From Methanobacteriota archaeon (lineage in GTDB: Archaea; Thermoplasmatota; Poseidoniia; Poseidoniales; Thalassarchaeaceae), in the NCBI GenBank assembly GCA_016845345.1, contig JAERSV010000085.1:17832-81831 (forward strand): a DNA stretch of 64,000 nt, read 5' to 3'. How positions within the stretch are numbered: the stretch's first letter is position 1; every line of letters begins with the position of its first letter. The position numbers and the translations under genes were made by a program. The notes under the pieces were generated by a model. That model ran no database searches. It saw nothing but the letters and a program-made list of their open reading frames with translations, and had not been told where the DNA came from. Shown one piece after another: positions 28,352 to 36,538 of this stretch.

Positions 28352-28594
28352 TCACTCCTGAAAAGGTGAAAGTTCAAGTTTAGCAATTAATCCATTTACA
28401 TCAATGTCATTCATTGACCCGAGTGCTTTTTGGAGGGCATCACTATCTCTGCTAATCTGGTTGAGTCTGTACTCCTTCAGTAATTGTTGAAGGAAATCAT
28501 CAACACTCTTGTAATTCCCCAATGCACGCATTGAATTTAGTTGCCTTCGTACCTCAAAACTTACACTGATTGATGTCATATCTGGTGAGCCCAT
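28352..28594 (-). CDS. Small (80 aa) putative ribbon-helix-helix DNA-binding protein (partition adaptor or antitoxin-like)
   Basis: The N-terminus TSISVSFEVRRQLNSMRALGNYKSVDDFLQQLLKEY has a beta-strand / helix / helix pattern typical of the CopG/Arc/ParG RHH fold. This is pattern recognition, not a search. It lies directly downstream of ParA. Confidence 0.5.
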   Translation of the reverse strand: MGSPDMTSISVSFEVRRQLNSMRALGNYKSVDDFLQQLLKEYRLNQISRDSDALQKALGSMNDIDVNGLIAKLELSPFQE

Positions 28595-28709
28595 TTTATC
28601 ACTTATTCCCCGTGAATCAAGGCATCTATAGAAGGATGACGGTTACAAGAAGGAATTAAGATAGGATTTGACCAATAAAAAGCCTCAGGCAGAGCCATGG
28701 AGTGAGGGG

Positions 28710-29690
28710 TTATTCAGCTTGCTGTAAGCGATATAATTTCAACCTACTAGTTTCATTAACACCGTATTTATAACGTAATTTTTTCACACGATCTGATACT
28801 TCTTTGGCCAATGACCAGTACGCCTGTGAACCTTTGTTTCGTTTAGTCGGTTTCTTCAAAATAACAACAGGGGCACCTTCTAAGGGTGCTTCTGCGATTG
28901 AGATAATTCGAGGAATCATTGTTCCAAATACCTGTTTGTCAAAGTGCCTTCTAACTTCAGATGAAACAGTATTGCAAAGCCTCGTTTTTTGATACATGGT
29001 TAAGGCAATTCCAAACAACTTGAGATGTGGATTGATTCTGCGCTGAATCAATTTGATGGAATTCATCAATTGGCTCATGCCTTCAAGGGCGTAATATTCG
29101 GTTTGTACTGGAATCAATACCCAATTAGCTGCTGCAAGAGCATTTATGGTTAGTAAGCCAAGACTTGGTGGTGTATCAATAATGATGTAATCAAACTCAT
29201 GAATTGCCGATGCAAGTCCTTCTTTTAGCCGAGTTTCTCTACCTATTCTAGTTGCTAACTCAATTTCAGCACCTGATAGTTGAATGTTTGATGGAAGTAA
29301 CCATAGATTCTCAACTTTGATGTGTTTAGGAACTTTCTGATCCTTCTTTGCTCCATCTTTATCATAGCGATGTTGGTTTTTCCATGCTTCACGCATTGAA
29401 TCAGTTAGTATTTCAGGTGAAATCAAGTATTCATCCAAAATTGGGAGTTCTTCCCCCAAATCATTCATTAAAAGATCATAAACAGTTCTACCAAGTTTAC
29501 TCTTATCTACGCCAAAGGAAGTAGATGCATTACCCTGAGGGTCAAGGTCAACAAGGAGCACTTTAGCAGGCTCTATGCCTCTAGAAGGGTTACCTTCTGC
29601 CAAGGATGTGGCAAGGTTAACTGCGGTGGTTGTTTTGGCACAACCCCCTTTCTGGTTAGTGCAAGCAATGACCATTTTGTATGGGTCCAT
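28710..29690 (-). CDS. ParA/Soj/SegA-family deviant Walker-A ATPase
   Basis: The deviant Walker A is VIACTNQKGGCAKTTTAVNLA. Also present are DLDPQGNAS, Walker B IIIDTPPSLG and NWVLIPVQTEYYALEG. An insert KNQHRYDKDGAKKDQKVPKH is present. Confidence 0.88.
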   Translation of the reverse strand: MDPYKMVIACTNQKGGCAKTTTAVNLATSLAEGNPSRGIEPAKVLLVDLDPQGNASTSFGVDKSKLGRTVYDLLMNDLGEELPILDEYLISPEILTDSMREAWKNQHRYDKDGAKKDQKVPKHIKVENLWLLPSNIQLSGAEIELATRIGRETRLKEGLASAIHEFDYIIIDTPPSLGLLTINALAAANWVLIPVQTEYYALEGMSQLMNSIKLIQRRINPHLKLFGIALTMYQKTRLCNTVSSEVRRHFDKQVFGTMIPRIISIAEAPLEGAPVVILKKPTKRNKGSQAYWSLAKEVSDRVKKLRYKYGVNETSRLKLYRLQQAE

Positions 29691-29789
29691 GTCTCTCTCC
29701 CCCCTCGTGTGGTACGGGCTCTGCTTTGAACCTTAATCATAACCGCGATTGATTGTGTGCTCAAGTGGCAAAAAAACCGACAAACCGAA

Positions 29790-30791
29790 TCAAGCAGTTT
29801 GGATGACTGGAACAGGTACTTCTGAGAGGATTTTGCGTGTAATGTGCATTCCGGTAATTCCTCGAATCTTTGCTTCTGGCTTTAGCATGATTCTGTGACT
29901 GATGATTTGTAGAGCGACACCCTTGATGTCATCTGGAATCACATAATCTCGTCCATCTATTGCTGCTGATGCTCGACCAGTCTTGAATAACGATTGGCTT
30001 GCACGAGGAGAAGCGCCGGTGATTACTCTGTGGTCCTCACGGGTTCTTTGAACAACCTCAACAATGTAGGAGAGAATGGCAGGGTCTATGTGGACTGTCT
30101 CTAGAGCCTTCTGCATAGCCACCACTTTCTTTGGTGAGGTAATTTGCTGTACATCGTGGTCATCCTTGCCTCGCAATTTTCTGCGAGCAAGAATTGCCTT
30201 TTCCTCTGAACGGTCAGGGTAACCCATTGACATCTTCATCAAGAATCGGTCCATTTGTGCTTCTGGAAGTGGGTAGGTTCCCTCTTGTTCAATTGGGTTC
30301 TGTGTAGCCAATACGACAAACGGTGCAGGTAATTTGTGAGTAATTCCCTCAATAGTAACCTGTTTTTCTTCCATTGCTTCAAGCAATGCCGCTTGAGTCT
30401 TCGGTGGTGCACGGTTGATCTCGTCAGCTAGTAGAATGTTTGAGAATAGAGGCCCGGGTCGGAGTTTGAATTCTCCAGCCTTTTGGTCGTACATATATGT
30501 CCCCATAATATCCGAAGGTAGTAAGTCAGGGGTGAACTGAACACGCTTGAATTTACAGCCAAGTGCTCTTGCGAATGTATTTGCAAGCAATGTCTTTGCT
30601 AGGCCCGGGAAATCCTCTAACAACATATTTCCGTTAGAGAGAATACCGATGCTTACCTTTCTCAAATTCTCTTGTTTTCCGATGATGACTTTTGATACTT
30701 CATTCATCAATCCGTTCGAAATTGCGCTTACAGTTGCAATCAAATCTCGAGTTCGATTGTCTCCACCCATAGTCGTCTGCATCACCACCAC
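29790..30791 (-). CDS. MoxR-family AAA+ ATPase
   Basis: Matching blocks are LLEDFPGLAKTLLANTFARAL, RVQFTPDLLPSDIMGT, ILLADEINRAPPKTQAALLEAMEEKQVT, VLATQNPIEQEGTYPLPEAQMDRF and ASPRAS. The length (333 aa) is typical for MoxR. Confidence 0.92.
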   Translation of the reverse strand: MVVMQTTMGGDNRTRDLIATVSAISNGLMNEVSKVIIGKQENLRKVSIGILSNGNMLLEDFPGLAKTLLANTFARALGCKFKRVQFTPDLLPSDIMGTYMYDQKAGEFKLRPGPLFSNILLADEINRAPPKTQAALLEAMEEKQVTIEGITHKLPAPFVVLATQNPIEQEGTYPLPEAQMDRFLMKMSMGYPDRSEEKAILARRKLRGKDDHDVQQITSPKKVVAMQKALETVHIDPAILSYIVEVVQRTREDHRVITGASPRASQSLFKTGRASAAIDGRDYVIPDDIKGVALQIISHRIMLKPEAKIRGITGMHITRKILSEVPVPVIQTA

Positions 30792-30866
30792 TCCGTTCTA
30801 CAAAAACCGACCCATCCAATTCGTACTAAAGGGTTGGGGGTTGAAACATCAACCACAATTCACTGC

Positions 30867-32672
30867 TTAGCGACCCCAAAAGTGGTCATCTCGGCGATGA
30901 ATAGCAATTATTTCCCCAAGTATTTCTTCTTCGATACTCGAAATATTCAACTTGCGTAATTTCCGAACATGTGACTCTGGCACATCTACGAGCAGTACAT
31001 CTTCTTCATCAACACCGCGGCCAATTGTAATCCCGTCAATGGCGACTGCCAATTCATCCCCTTGCTTCGCTTCATTCAACACATGGTCACCATCACGGAT
31101 AGATTTCACTCGACCTGCTCTTTCCCCATCAATTGTCAACAAGCGTTGGCCAACGTGAATTCGCCCACCTAATACCCTTACTCCTACAACCGCGGGTCCT
31201 GAGCGCCGGAAAATATGGTCTTCTATAATTAAAATTCGACCAGGGTGAATGACGTTCTCTCGCCCTTCTTCTTCCAATCTTTTCTTGGTCGCTTCAAGCC
31301 ATTCGTCGTATTCTTCTAGAATGTGATAAATTATTTCCGAGCCAATATGTAATACCTCACAATCATCAGTACTGAGTTCGGCCTGTGCTTCTGCTAAGAT
31401 ACCTGAACTAAAGGTAAGAATAACTCTCTCGTATGGGTCGTCAGAAATAGCAGCACTTCTGATGTCTTTACGATTTATTGGACCAATCGTGGCAGAGCGG
31501 ATATTTATGTTTCGAGGATTGCCGCTAGTATCTTTCATACCTCTTATTTCGAATGCTAGCGCTTCTAATCCACCTAATGTATCGGCTTTGATTGCAATTC
31601 CCTCTTCATCCAAGTCGATTGATATTTCACACTCTTCTGTAATTTGGTCAATAATTGCCTGACGCGAGTTTTCATCAGGAATTACTCGGAGTGTAGTTCC
31701 TGCTAGAATAGATTCAATGTCAGGCGCACTCAATTTTAACCCAGCCGCGGCTGAAACTGTATCAACCGAATCCCAACGGTCTCCAGCGTCCCTCATTTCA
31801 GACATTCCGCGTGGTGAAAACATACCCTTGATTTTTGTCACTAATGGACCAGTTGGTGTGGCGATTGCAATTTCATCTCCCTTTTTCATCGTACCTCGAT
31901 GAAGGATAATATCTAGTGTTTTTCCGAGCCCCCTCTCATCCTTCATTTCAAGAACTGTTGCTTCTGCACTACCTTCAACATCTTCTAATTGTTCAGCCAA
32001 GAATTTTTCAGCCAATCCGATAGTTACTGCTAGCAGATCTTGAATCCCCTCGCCTTCTTTTGCTGAACAAGGAACTAATGCTATGTTCTTTGTAAAATCT
32101 GAAATTTGGTCATAACGCTCAAGATTGAACTCTTGCTCCCCAAATTGGCCGACTAACTGCCAGTATTTCTGGTCAAATAGAGCAAGCACATCTTTACTCT
32201 GCTTTCTCAATGAAAGTGCCATTGCTCGACCATATTCTGATTGCCAACCATGGATTCTATCCACTTTATTACAAGCAACAACAAATGGAGTTTTTGCTTG
32301 TCTCAATATTCGCATGGACTCTAGGGTTTGTGGTTTACAACCATCAACTAAGTCAATTACCAAAATGGCGATGTCAGCTAGTGAACCTCCCCGTGTTCTA
32401 AGAGTTGAGAAAGAATGGTGGCCTGGTGTGTCGATGAACAAAAGACCGGGTGAGTTGAAATTTTTTCCACCCATCAATGGTGCACAGAGATCATTCAAAA
32501 CCTCAGAAGGAACTTCAGTTGCCCCAATATGTTGAGTGATTCCACCGGCTTCTCTAGCCATTACGGAGGATTGCCTTTCACTTCCTAGTGAACGTATGTG
32601 GTCAAGTAGGCTGGTTTTGCCATGGTCAACATGGCCTAGGACTGCAACAATGGGCTGTCTTCTCTCTTTCAT
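30867..32672 (-). CDS. infB: Translation initiation factor aIF5B (IF-2 homologue)
   Basis: Matching blocks are PIVAVLGHVDHGKTSLLDHIR, IDTPGH and NKVD. The domain layout and length (about 600 aa) fit aIF5B. I moved the start to ATG 32672 (MKERRQPIVAV), which removes the overlap with ndk. There is no intein. Confidence 0.93.
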   Translation of the reverse strand: MKERRQPIVAVLGHVDHGKTSLLDHIRSLGSERQSSVMAREAGGITQHIGATEVPSEVLNDLCAPLMGGKNFNSPGLLFIDTPGHHSFSTLRTRGGSLADIAILVIDLVDGCKPQTLESMRILRQAKTPFVVACNKVDRIHGWQSEYGRAMALSLRKQSKDVLALFDQKYWQLVGQFGEQEFNLERYDQISDFTKNIALVPCSAKEGEGIQDLLAVTIGLAEKFLAEQLEDVEGSAEATVLEMKDERGLGKTLDIILHRGTMKKGDEIAIATPTGPLVTKIKGMFSPRGMSEMRDAGDRWDSVDTVSAAAGLKLSAPDIESILAGTTLRVIPDENSRQAIIDQITEECEISIDLDEEGIAIKADTLGGLEALAFEIRGMKDTSGNPRNINIRSATIGPINRKDIRSAAISDDPYERVILTFSSGILAEAQAELSTDDCEVLHIGSEIIYHILEEYDEWLEATKKRLEEEGRENVIHPGRILIIEDHIFRRSGPAVVGVRVLGGRIHVGQRLLTIDGERAGRVKSIRDGDHVLNEAKQGDELAVAIDGITIGRGVDEEDVLLVDVPESHVRKLRKLNISSIEEEILGEIIAIHRRDDHFWGR

Positions 32673-32701
32673 CCATGTCACCTGCCCCTTTAATCTAATT
32701 T

Positions 32702-33151
32702 TTATTCTTCGTAAACCCAATCTTCTGCTGCGCGCTTCCAATCAACTAATCCTTCAGGGAACCAAAGCCCCAATTCAAATTCTGCAGTTTCTTCCGCATC
32801 ACTGCCATGGATTATGTTGTGGCCAATATCCATCGCCCAATCACCGCGAATTGTACCGGGGCTAGCATCACGTCCATTGGTCGGACCAATGATGTTGCGA
32901 GCTACCTTGATTGCTTCTACACCACTCCACGCCATCGCTACGACAGGACCAGATGTGATGAATTTGAGTAGTCCGGGATAGAATGGTCGCTCTGAGTGAA
33001 CCGCATAGTGGCTAGCGGCTAATTCGTGGGTAGGTGTCAATTGCTTCAAACCCACCAAACGTAGTCCTTTTTCTTCAAATCGGTCAATAATCTTGCCAAC
33101 CAATCCTCGCTGAACCCCGTCGGGCTTGACCATCACGAATGTCGTCTGCAT
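32702..33151 (-). CDS. ndk: Nucleoside diphosphate kinase
   Basis: Matching blocks are [29 protein letters not shown] and NIIHGSD (active-site His). ATG is at 33151; the track start is GTG at 33160. Confidence 0.93.
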   Translation of the reverse strand: MQTTFVMVKPDGVQRGLVGKIIDRFEEKGLRLVGLKQLTPTHELAASHYAVHSERPFYPGLLKFITSGPVVAMAWSGVEAIKVARNIIGPTNGRDASPGTIRGDWAMDIGHNIIHGSDAEETAEFELGLWFPEGLVDWKRAAEDWVYEE

Positions 33152-33218
33152 AGTAATCACTGAAGCCGCCGTGACGCCACCCCTGTTTAAGCAAAACGCT
33201 TTAGCGAAACAAGAAATT

Positions 33219-33410
33219 TCACTGAATGCCGCCTTTTACATAGTGGCGGGTCCACTTTACTTTGCGGGAATTTCTCTTCAAATTCACCAAGTTCTTTCGG
33301 GCTTTGCTGCTCTTGAACCATAGCACAGTGCCGTCTTTACGAACATACATTTGTCCTGTACCAGGTTCAATTTCTTCGCCACTAAATGTGCAAACACGTC
33401 GTTCGGGCAT
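33219..33410 (-). CDS. rpl24e: 50S ribosomal protein L24e
   Basis: [34 protein letters not shown] fits the L24e zinc-ribbon-like N-terminus. ATG 33410 lies 1 nt after the S28e stop. Confidence 0.88.
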   Translation of the reverse strand: MPERRVCTFSGEEIEPGTGQMYVRKDGTVLWFKSSKARKNLVNLKRNSRKVKWTRHYVKGGIQ

Positions 33411-33411
33411 C

Positions 33412-33627
33412 TCATCGACCTCCGAGTTTACGTGCTTCACGGCCAGTGTCTCGGAGCATCAAAACATCTCCAATACGAATTGGGCCTAACACATTTCGAG
33501 TAATAATTCTACCAACGTCCCGTGGATTTGGGGCGTCATTTACACGAACTTTGACTTGAGTAGCCTCACCAGTCATACCGGTTCGGCCTACAATTTCAAC
33601 GACTTCTGCCGGCCAACCGTCTGTCAT
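33412..33627 (-). CDS. rps28e: 30S ribosomal protein S28e
   Basis: [24 protein letters not shown]....[30 protein letters not shown] matches the S28e pattern. The start is either ATG 33627 or GTG 33636. Confidence 0.88.
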   Translation of the reverse strand: MTDGWPAEVVEIVGRTGMTGEATQVKVRVNDAPNPRDVGRIITRNVLGPIRIGDVLMLRDTGREARKLGGR

Positions 33628-33637
33628 CAGGTTCACC

Positions 33638-34018
33638 TCAGTTTCCTGCTAATTCATTCGCTGATGCAACCACGGTCTTGAATTCGTCTGCTGCCCCATC
33701 CATCTCAATAACTGCGATTGCTGATGTTGGGCGTCCAACTGGAAGTCCAGCAGCCTCACCAAGGTAACTTTGGTCCTTTACGTAGATGTAAGGGATTCCA
33801 CGTTCTTTGCAGATCATTGGAATCGGCATCATCATTTCTCCAGGGTTGACATTTTCTGCCATAATCACAAGCTTAGCATCGCCTCGCTCGCAGACCTTGA
33901 TGACCTCATTCATCCCCTTCTTGAAGTGGCTTCCACCCTCCTTGTCAATCTTCTTCACAAACTCATAAACCAAGTCCTGCACATCGGCAGGTGTTTCAAA
34001 ATCAATATGTACGCTCAT
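33638..34018 (-). CDS. rpl7ae: 50S ribosomal protein L7Ae (K-turn binding protein)
   Basis: [59 protein letters not shown] is typical of L7Ae. GGAGGAG lies upstream of the ATG. It heads the conserved L7Ae-S28e-L24e-ndk-aIF5B gene string. Confidence 0.92.
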   Translation of the reverse strand: MSVHIDFETPADVQDLVYEFVKKIDKEGGSHFKKGMNEVIKVCERGDAKLVIMAENVNPGEMMMPIPMICKERGIPYIYVKDQSYLGEAAGLPVGRPTSAIAVIEMDGAADEFKTVVASANELAGN

Positions 34019-34108
34019 AGGATTCTCTCCTCCTGTAGGTGTTCCGCCGAGGGCGTGGTCTGTATAAACGCACCGCTTGGTGTAGTGAATGATAATTCGT
34101 TGGACTGC

Positions 34109-35053
34109 TCAAAGATTTAGCCGCTCTCGCAACTGCTCAACACCTCTTGCCAGAGCAGCAGCCGATGAGACAAGAGCGCGTGGGTTGCTAGCAATAGAAT
34201 CAGTTGCATGAACGCCGCTAACATGGTCATCGAGTCTTGTTATGGCTCCCCCAGTAAACAAACCGTGAGTACATGCAGCGTGCACTTCTTTGGCCCCTTG
34301 AGATAGCAATGCATCACTTGCCTTGCAGATGGTTCCTCCAGTACTAATCATATCATCAACAATCGCCACAACTGCGCCGCCAACATCCAAATCCTTCGGC
34401 TTGTGTTGAATAGTGTGCGCATCAATCCTTGTCTTTTCAAGATATGAGAATTTACAGCCAATTAGATTTGCAACATGGGTTGCCCTTTCTATCGCTCCTT
34501 TGTCCGGACTTAAGATAAAGTCTGGATTAACGTTGGTTTTGAGGTGTTCAGCAATTTCTGGCATTGCTGATACAAATTCAACTGGTGTGTCTAGGTCATC
34601 TAATACTGATGGTGCATGTAAATCCAAGACAATTAATCCGTCAATGTGACGTGCGAGTAACCTAACGATTAGAGAAGCAGAGATTACTTCTCCTTGCTGG
34701 AATCTTTTATCCTGCCGACTGTAACCAAAGTAAGGGACTGCTAGAAAGATTCCAGGGCCAACATCATCGAGATTTTCAGGCCCTTCACCCATCAAATTAT
34801 GCAGATTCCCCGTTCTTACATCATGAATCGCTTCGAGCATCAACAATGCTTCTACAATTCCATCATCAGGAAAAGTTGTTGCTACAACAACAACTGGTTC
34901 ACAGCGTACCGCATCAATACTTTTTGTAGGTACACGAACATAAGCCTCTGAATCAGGGAACCGTCTGGCAACTAATTCATGATGTTCCCAACCCAAACGT
35001 TCTGCTAATGCAGATGCAAGGTCTCCATCAATACTTCCTGAGACTACTGGCAG
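34109..35053 (-). CDS. prs: Ribose-phosphate pyrophosphokinase (PRPP synthetase)
   Basis: Matching blocks are RRFPDSEAYVRV, DLHA and the PRPP loop VAIVDDMISTGGT. The track start (TTG 34996) cuts off the conserved N-terminal strand: the frame stays open upstream as LPVVSGSIDGDLASALAERLG. I therefore extended to the CTG at 35053-35051, which has GAGGGGAG 3-5 nt upstream. The start is non-canonical and uncertain. Confidence 0.85.
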   Translation of the reverse strand: MPVVSGSIDGDLASALAERLGWEHHELVARRFPDSEAYVRVPTKSIDAVRCEPVVVVATTFPDDGIVEALLMLEAIHDVRTGNLHNLMGEGPENLDDVGPGIFLAVPYFGYSRQDKRFQQGEVISASLIVRLLARHIDGLIVLDLHAPSVLDDLDTPVEFVSAMPEIAEHLKTNVNPDFILSPDKGAIERATHVANLIGCKFSYLEKTRIDAHTIQHKPKDLDVGGAVVAIVDDMISTGGTICKASDALLSQGAKEVHAACTHGLFTGGAITRLDDHVSGVHATDSIASNPRALVSSAAALARGVEQLRERLNL

Positions 35054-35227
35054 GCGCTCCCCTCAATCTCTCCGACTGGTGGTCCCTTCATGTCATTTGT
35101 GTGTAATATGGTTCTAGTAATTACTTGTAAGTTAAATGGAGGCTCGGAATATTTGGCAACATTGTTTTTGAAAACGCCATTTATTTTAATAAAAACCAAA
35201 AATCACTCCCCTGTGAAAAAAAAGGAG

Positions 35228-35302
35228 TGGACGAGGCAGGATTTGAACCTGCGACCTCCCGGTTATCAGCCGGGTGCTCCAACCAACCTAAGCTACCCGT
35301 CC
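35228..35302 (-). tRNA. tRNA-Ile (anticodon GAT); CCA not encoded
   Basis: Hand-folded from the reverse complement: GGACGGG-TA-GCTT..AGC-A-CCCGG-CTGATAA-CCGGG-AGGTC-GCAGG-TTCAAAT-CCTGC-CTCGTCC-A. All four stems pair, with one G-U in the acceptor. Confidence 0.9.
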
Positions 35303-35329
35303 AAGGGTGAGCCGCGCCACCGAGGGGTT

Positions 35330-35338
35330 GAATTAAAC
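35330..35338 (-). promoter_or_regulatory. Candidate TATA box for tRNA-Ile
   Basis: The minus-strand sequence GTTTAATTC is centred about 32 nt upstream of the tRNA 5' end, between the upstream gene's stop (35356) and the tRNA. Confidence 0.3.
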
Positions 35339-35355
35339 GGTTCCGATTAGGAATC

Positions 35356-35994
35356 TCATTCTTCTTCTTCAAAGTCTTCTTCGTTTATTTCTCCCGAATT
35401 CAACTTTAGGTATGATGGCAGTCCCATCAATTTGTCAAATGTGCGTGATAGAATTATCTCATCCAAACGGGGACTTGTGCGTGCTAGGAATTGAACAGGT
35501 ATGTTGATGACACCGTTTTCTAATCTGTACCTTCTCCGTAGGTTTCCTCGAGCCTTTACTTTAACACCACGGTAAGTTCGCTTTATTTTCACCAAGCCAA
35601 TTACCACGCCTAGATCTTCACCTTGGGTGTCGAGAACTGCTCGGTCAAGTAATTCATCAGGCGCGTATAATTTTTCATTGATACGAACTGTATTGCGCCA
35701 TCTGCGTTGTAGTTCTCTCATGGATTTAGTTAGTTTGATACTCCCATCCGATTGAATACTGTGTAGAAGTTCTTTTGAAAGCGGAGCGAATTCAGCGGGT
35801 TTACGCATAAATTCATCCGCCACCCCTGGCTCAACCTGTAATCTGAAAGATTGAACTCTGTCTTCATTGGGGTGATATCTCTCCCCTACTATTACTCCAA
35901 CCCGCGTTTGTTTAACGTAAACTTCTCGTTGCAATAATTCTTGTATCCTAAATGATTCATCTGTCATATTTTTTCCCTCTCTATTACCGTGCAT
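35356..35994 (-). CDS. Hypothetical protein, possibly two PRC-barrel-like domains; acidic C-terminus
   Basis: 212-aa ORF. The segments ELLQREVYVKQTRVGVIVGE and LLDRAVLDTQGEDLGVVIGLV resemble the PRC-barrel signature (weak, by eye). The protein ends in EEDFEEEE. An alternative start is M10 at 35967. Confidence 0.55.
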   Translation of the reverse strand: MHGNREGKNMTDESFRIQELLQREVYVKQTRVGVIVGERYHPNEDRVQSFRLQVEPGVADEFMRKPAEFAPLSKELLHSIQSDGSIKLTKSMRELQRRWRNTVRINEKLYAPDELLDRAVLDTQGEDLGVVIGLVKIKRTYRGVKVKARGNLRRRYRLENGVINIPVQFLARTSPRLDEIILSRTFDKLMGLPSYLKLNSGEINEEDFEEEE

Positions 35995-36538
35995 CCCATG
36001 TCTCGGTCAATATCCTACGCTCGGAGTCAGTATATTAACTATATGCCGGATTACTAATTAGATATTCAATTGAAAAAGGCGGATAATCATGAATTACCCA
36101 ATTGATAGTTATATTTTTAAACAAATGATGATATAATCAAAATCCAATTGAAACTAAAGAGTTTCTTTGATAAATTTACCAATATGTTTAATGGATTAAG
36201 ATGGATTATCCGAAATTGTTTTCCAATTAGAATGACTGATAATACTCATTTTCAAAATTTTTTGCCAGTGTTGATCTTTTGATCTTAAATAATTCAAGAA
36301 TAATCACCGTTATCTAATATGAAATTAGAAAATTTCCAGCTATATCACCTCTGTTTTCGAGACCATTTATTTTGAGAAGAATATGCTGCCCTTCTGGCAA
36401 TAATATCAAAATCAATAATTCAATAGAAAATTAAATTTTTCAATTAGGAAATTCCTTACACTAAGAGGTTTTATTCTAAACAAAAAGAGGGGCTTACTTA
36501 CAGCATAAATTGATGAGTGTAATCCTCTTCCGAATGAC
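35995..36538. promoter_or_regulatory. 544-bp AT-rich divergent intergenic region with recurring (T/C)CAATTGA(A/T)A-like boxes
   Basis: No credible ORF is present; the 71-aa track ORF is low complexity. Boxes lie at 36066-36077, 36097-36108 and 36143-36154 (exact CAATTGA). Variants with CAATTAG lie at 36222-36233 and 36440-36451. A hairpin GAAACT-AAAG-AGTTTC is at 36150-36165, and ATGGATTA is duplicated at 36191 and 36201. Confidence 0.5.

Noticed and set aside
32125-32865. 136-aa and 109-aa plus-strand ORFs
   Set aside because: They are antisense to aIF5B and ndk, which have unambiguous motifs.
35995-36538. Calling the AT-rich spacer a bona fide oriC
   Set aside because: No orc1/cdc6 gene is adjacent, there is no G-string ORB element, and there are no long inverted ORB pairs flanking a DUE. 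It is retained only as a hypothesis in the findings. The 71-aa ORF at 36412-36627 is AT-rich low complexity.
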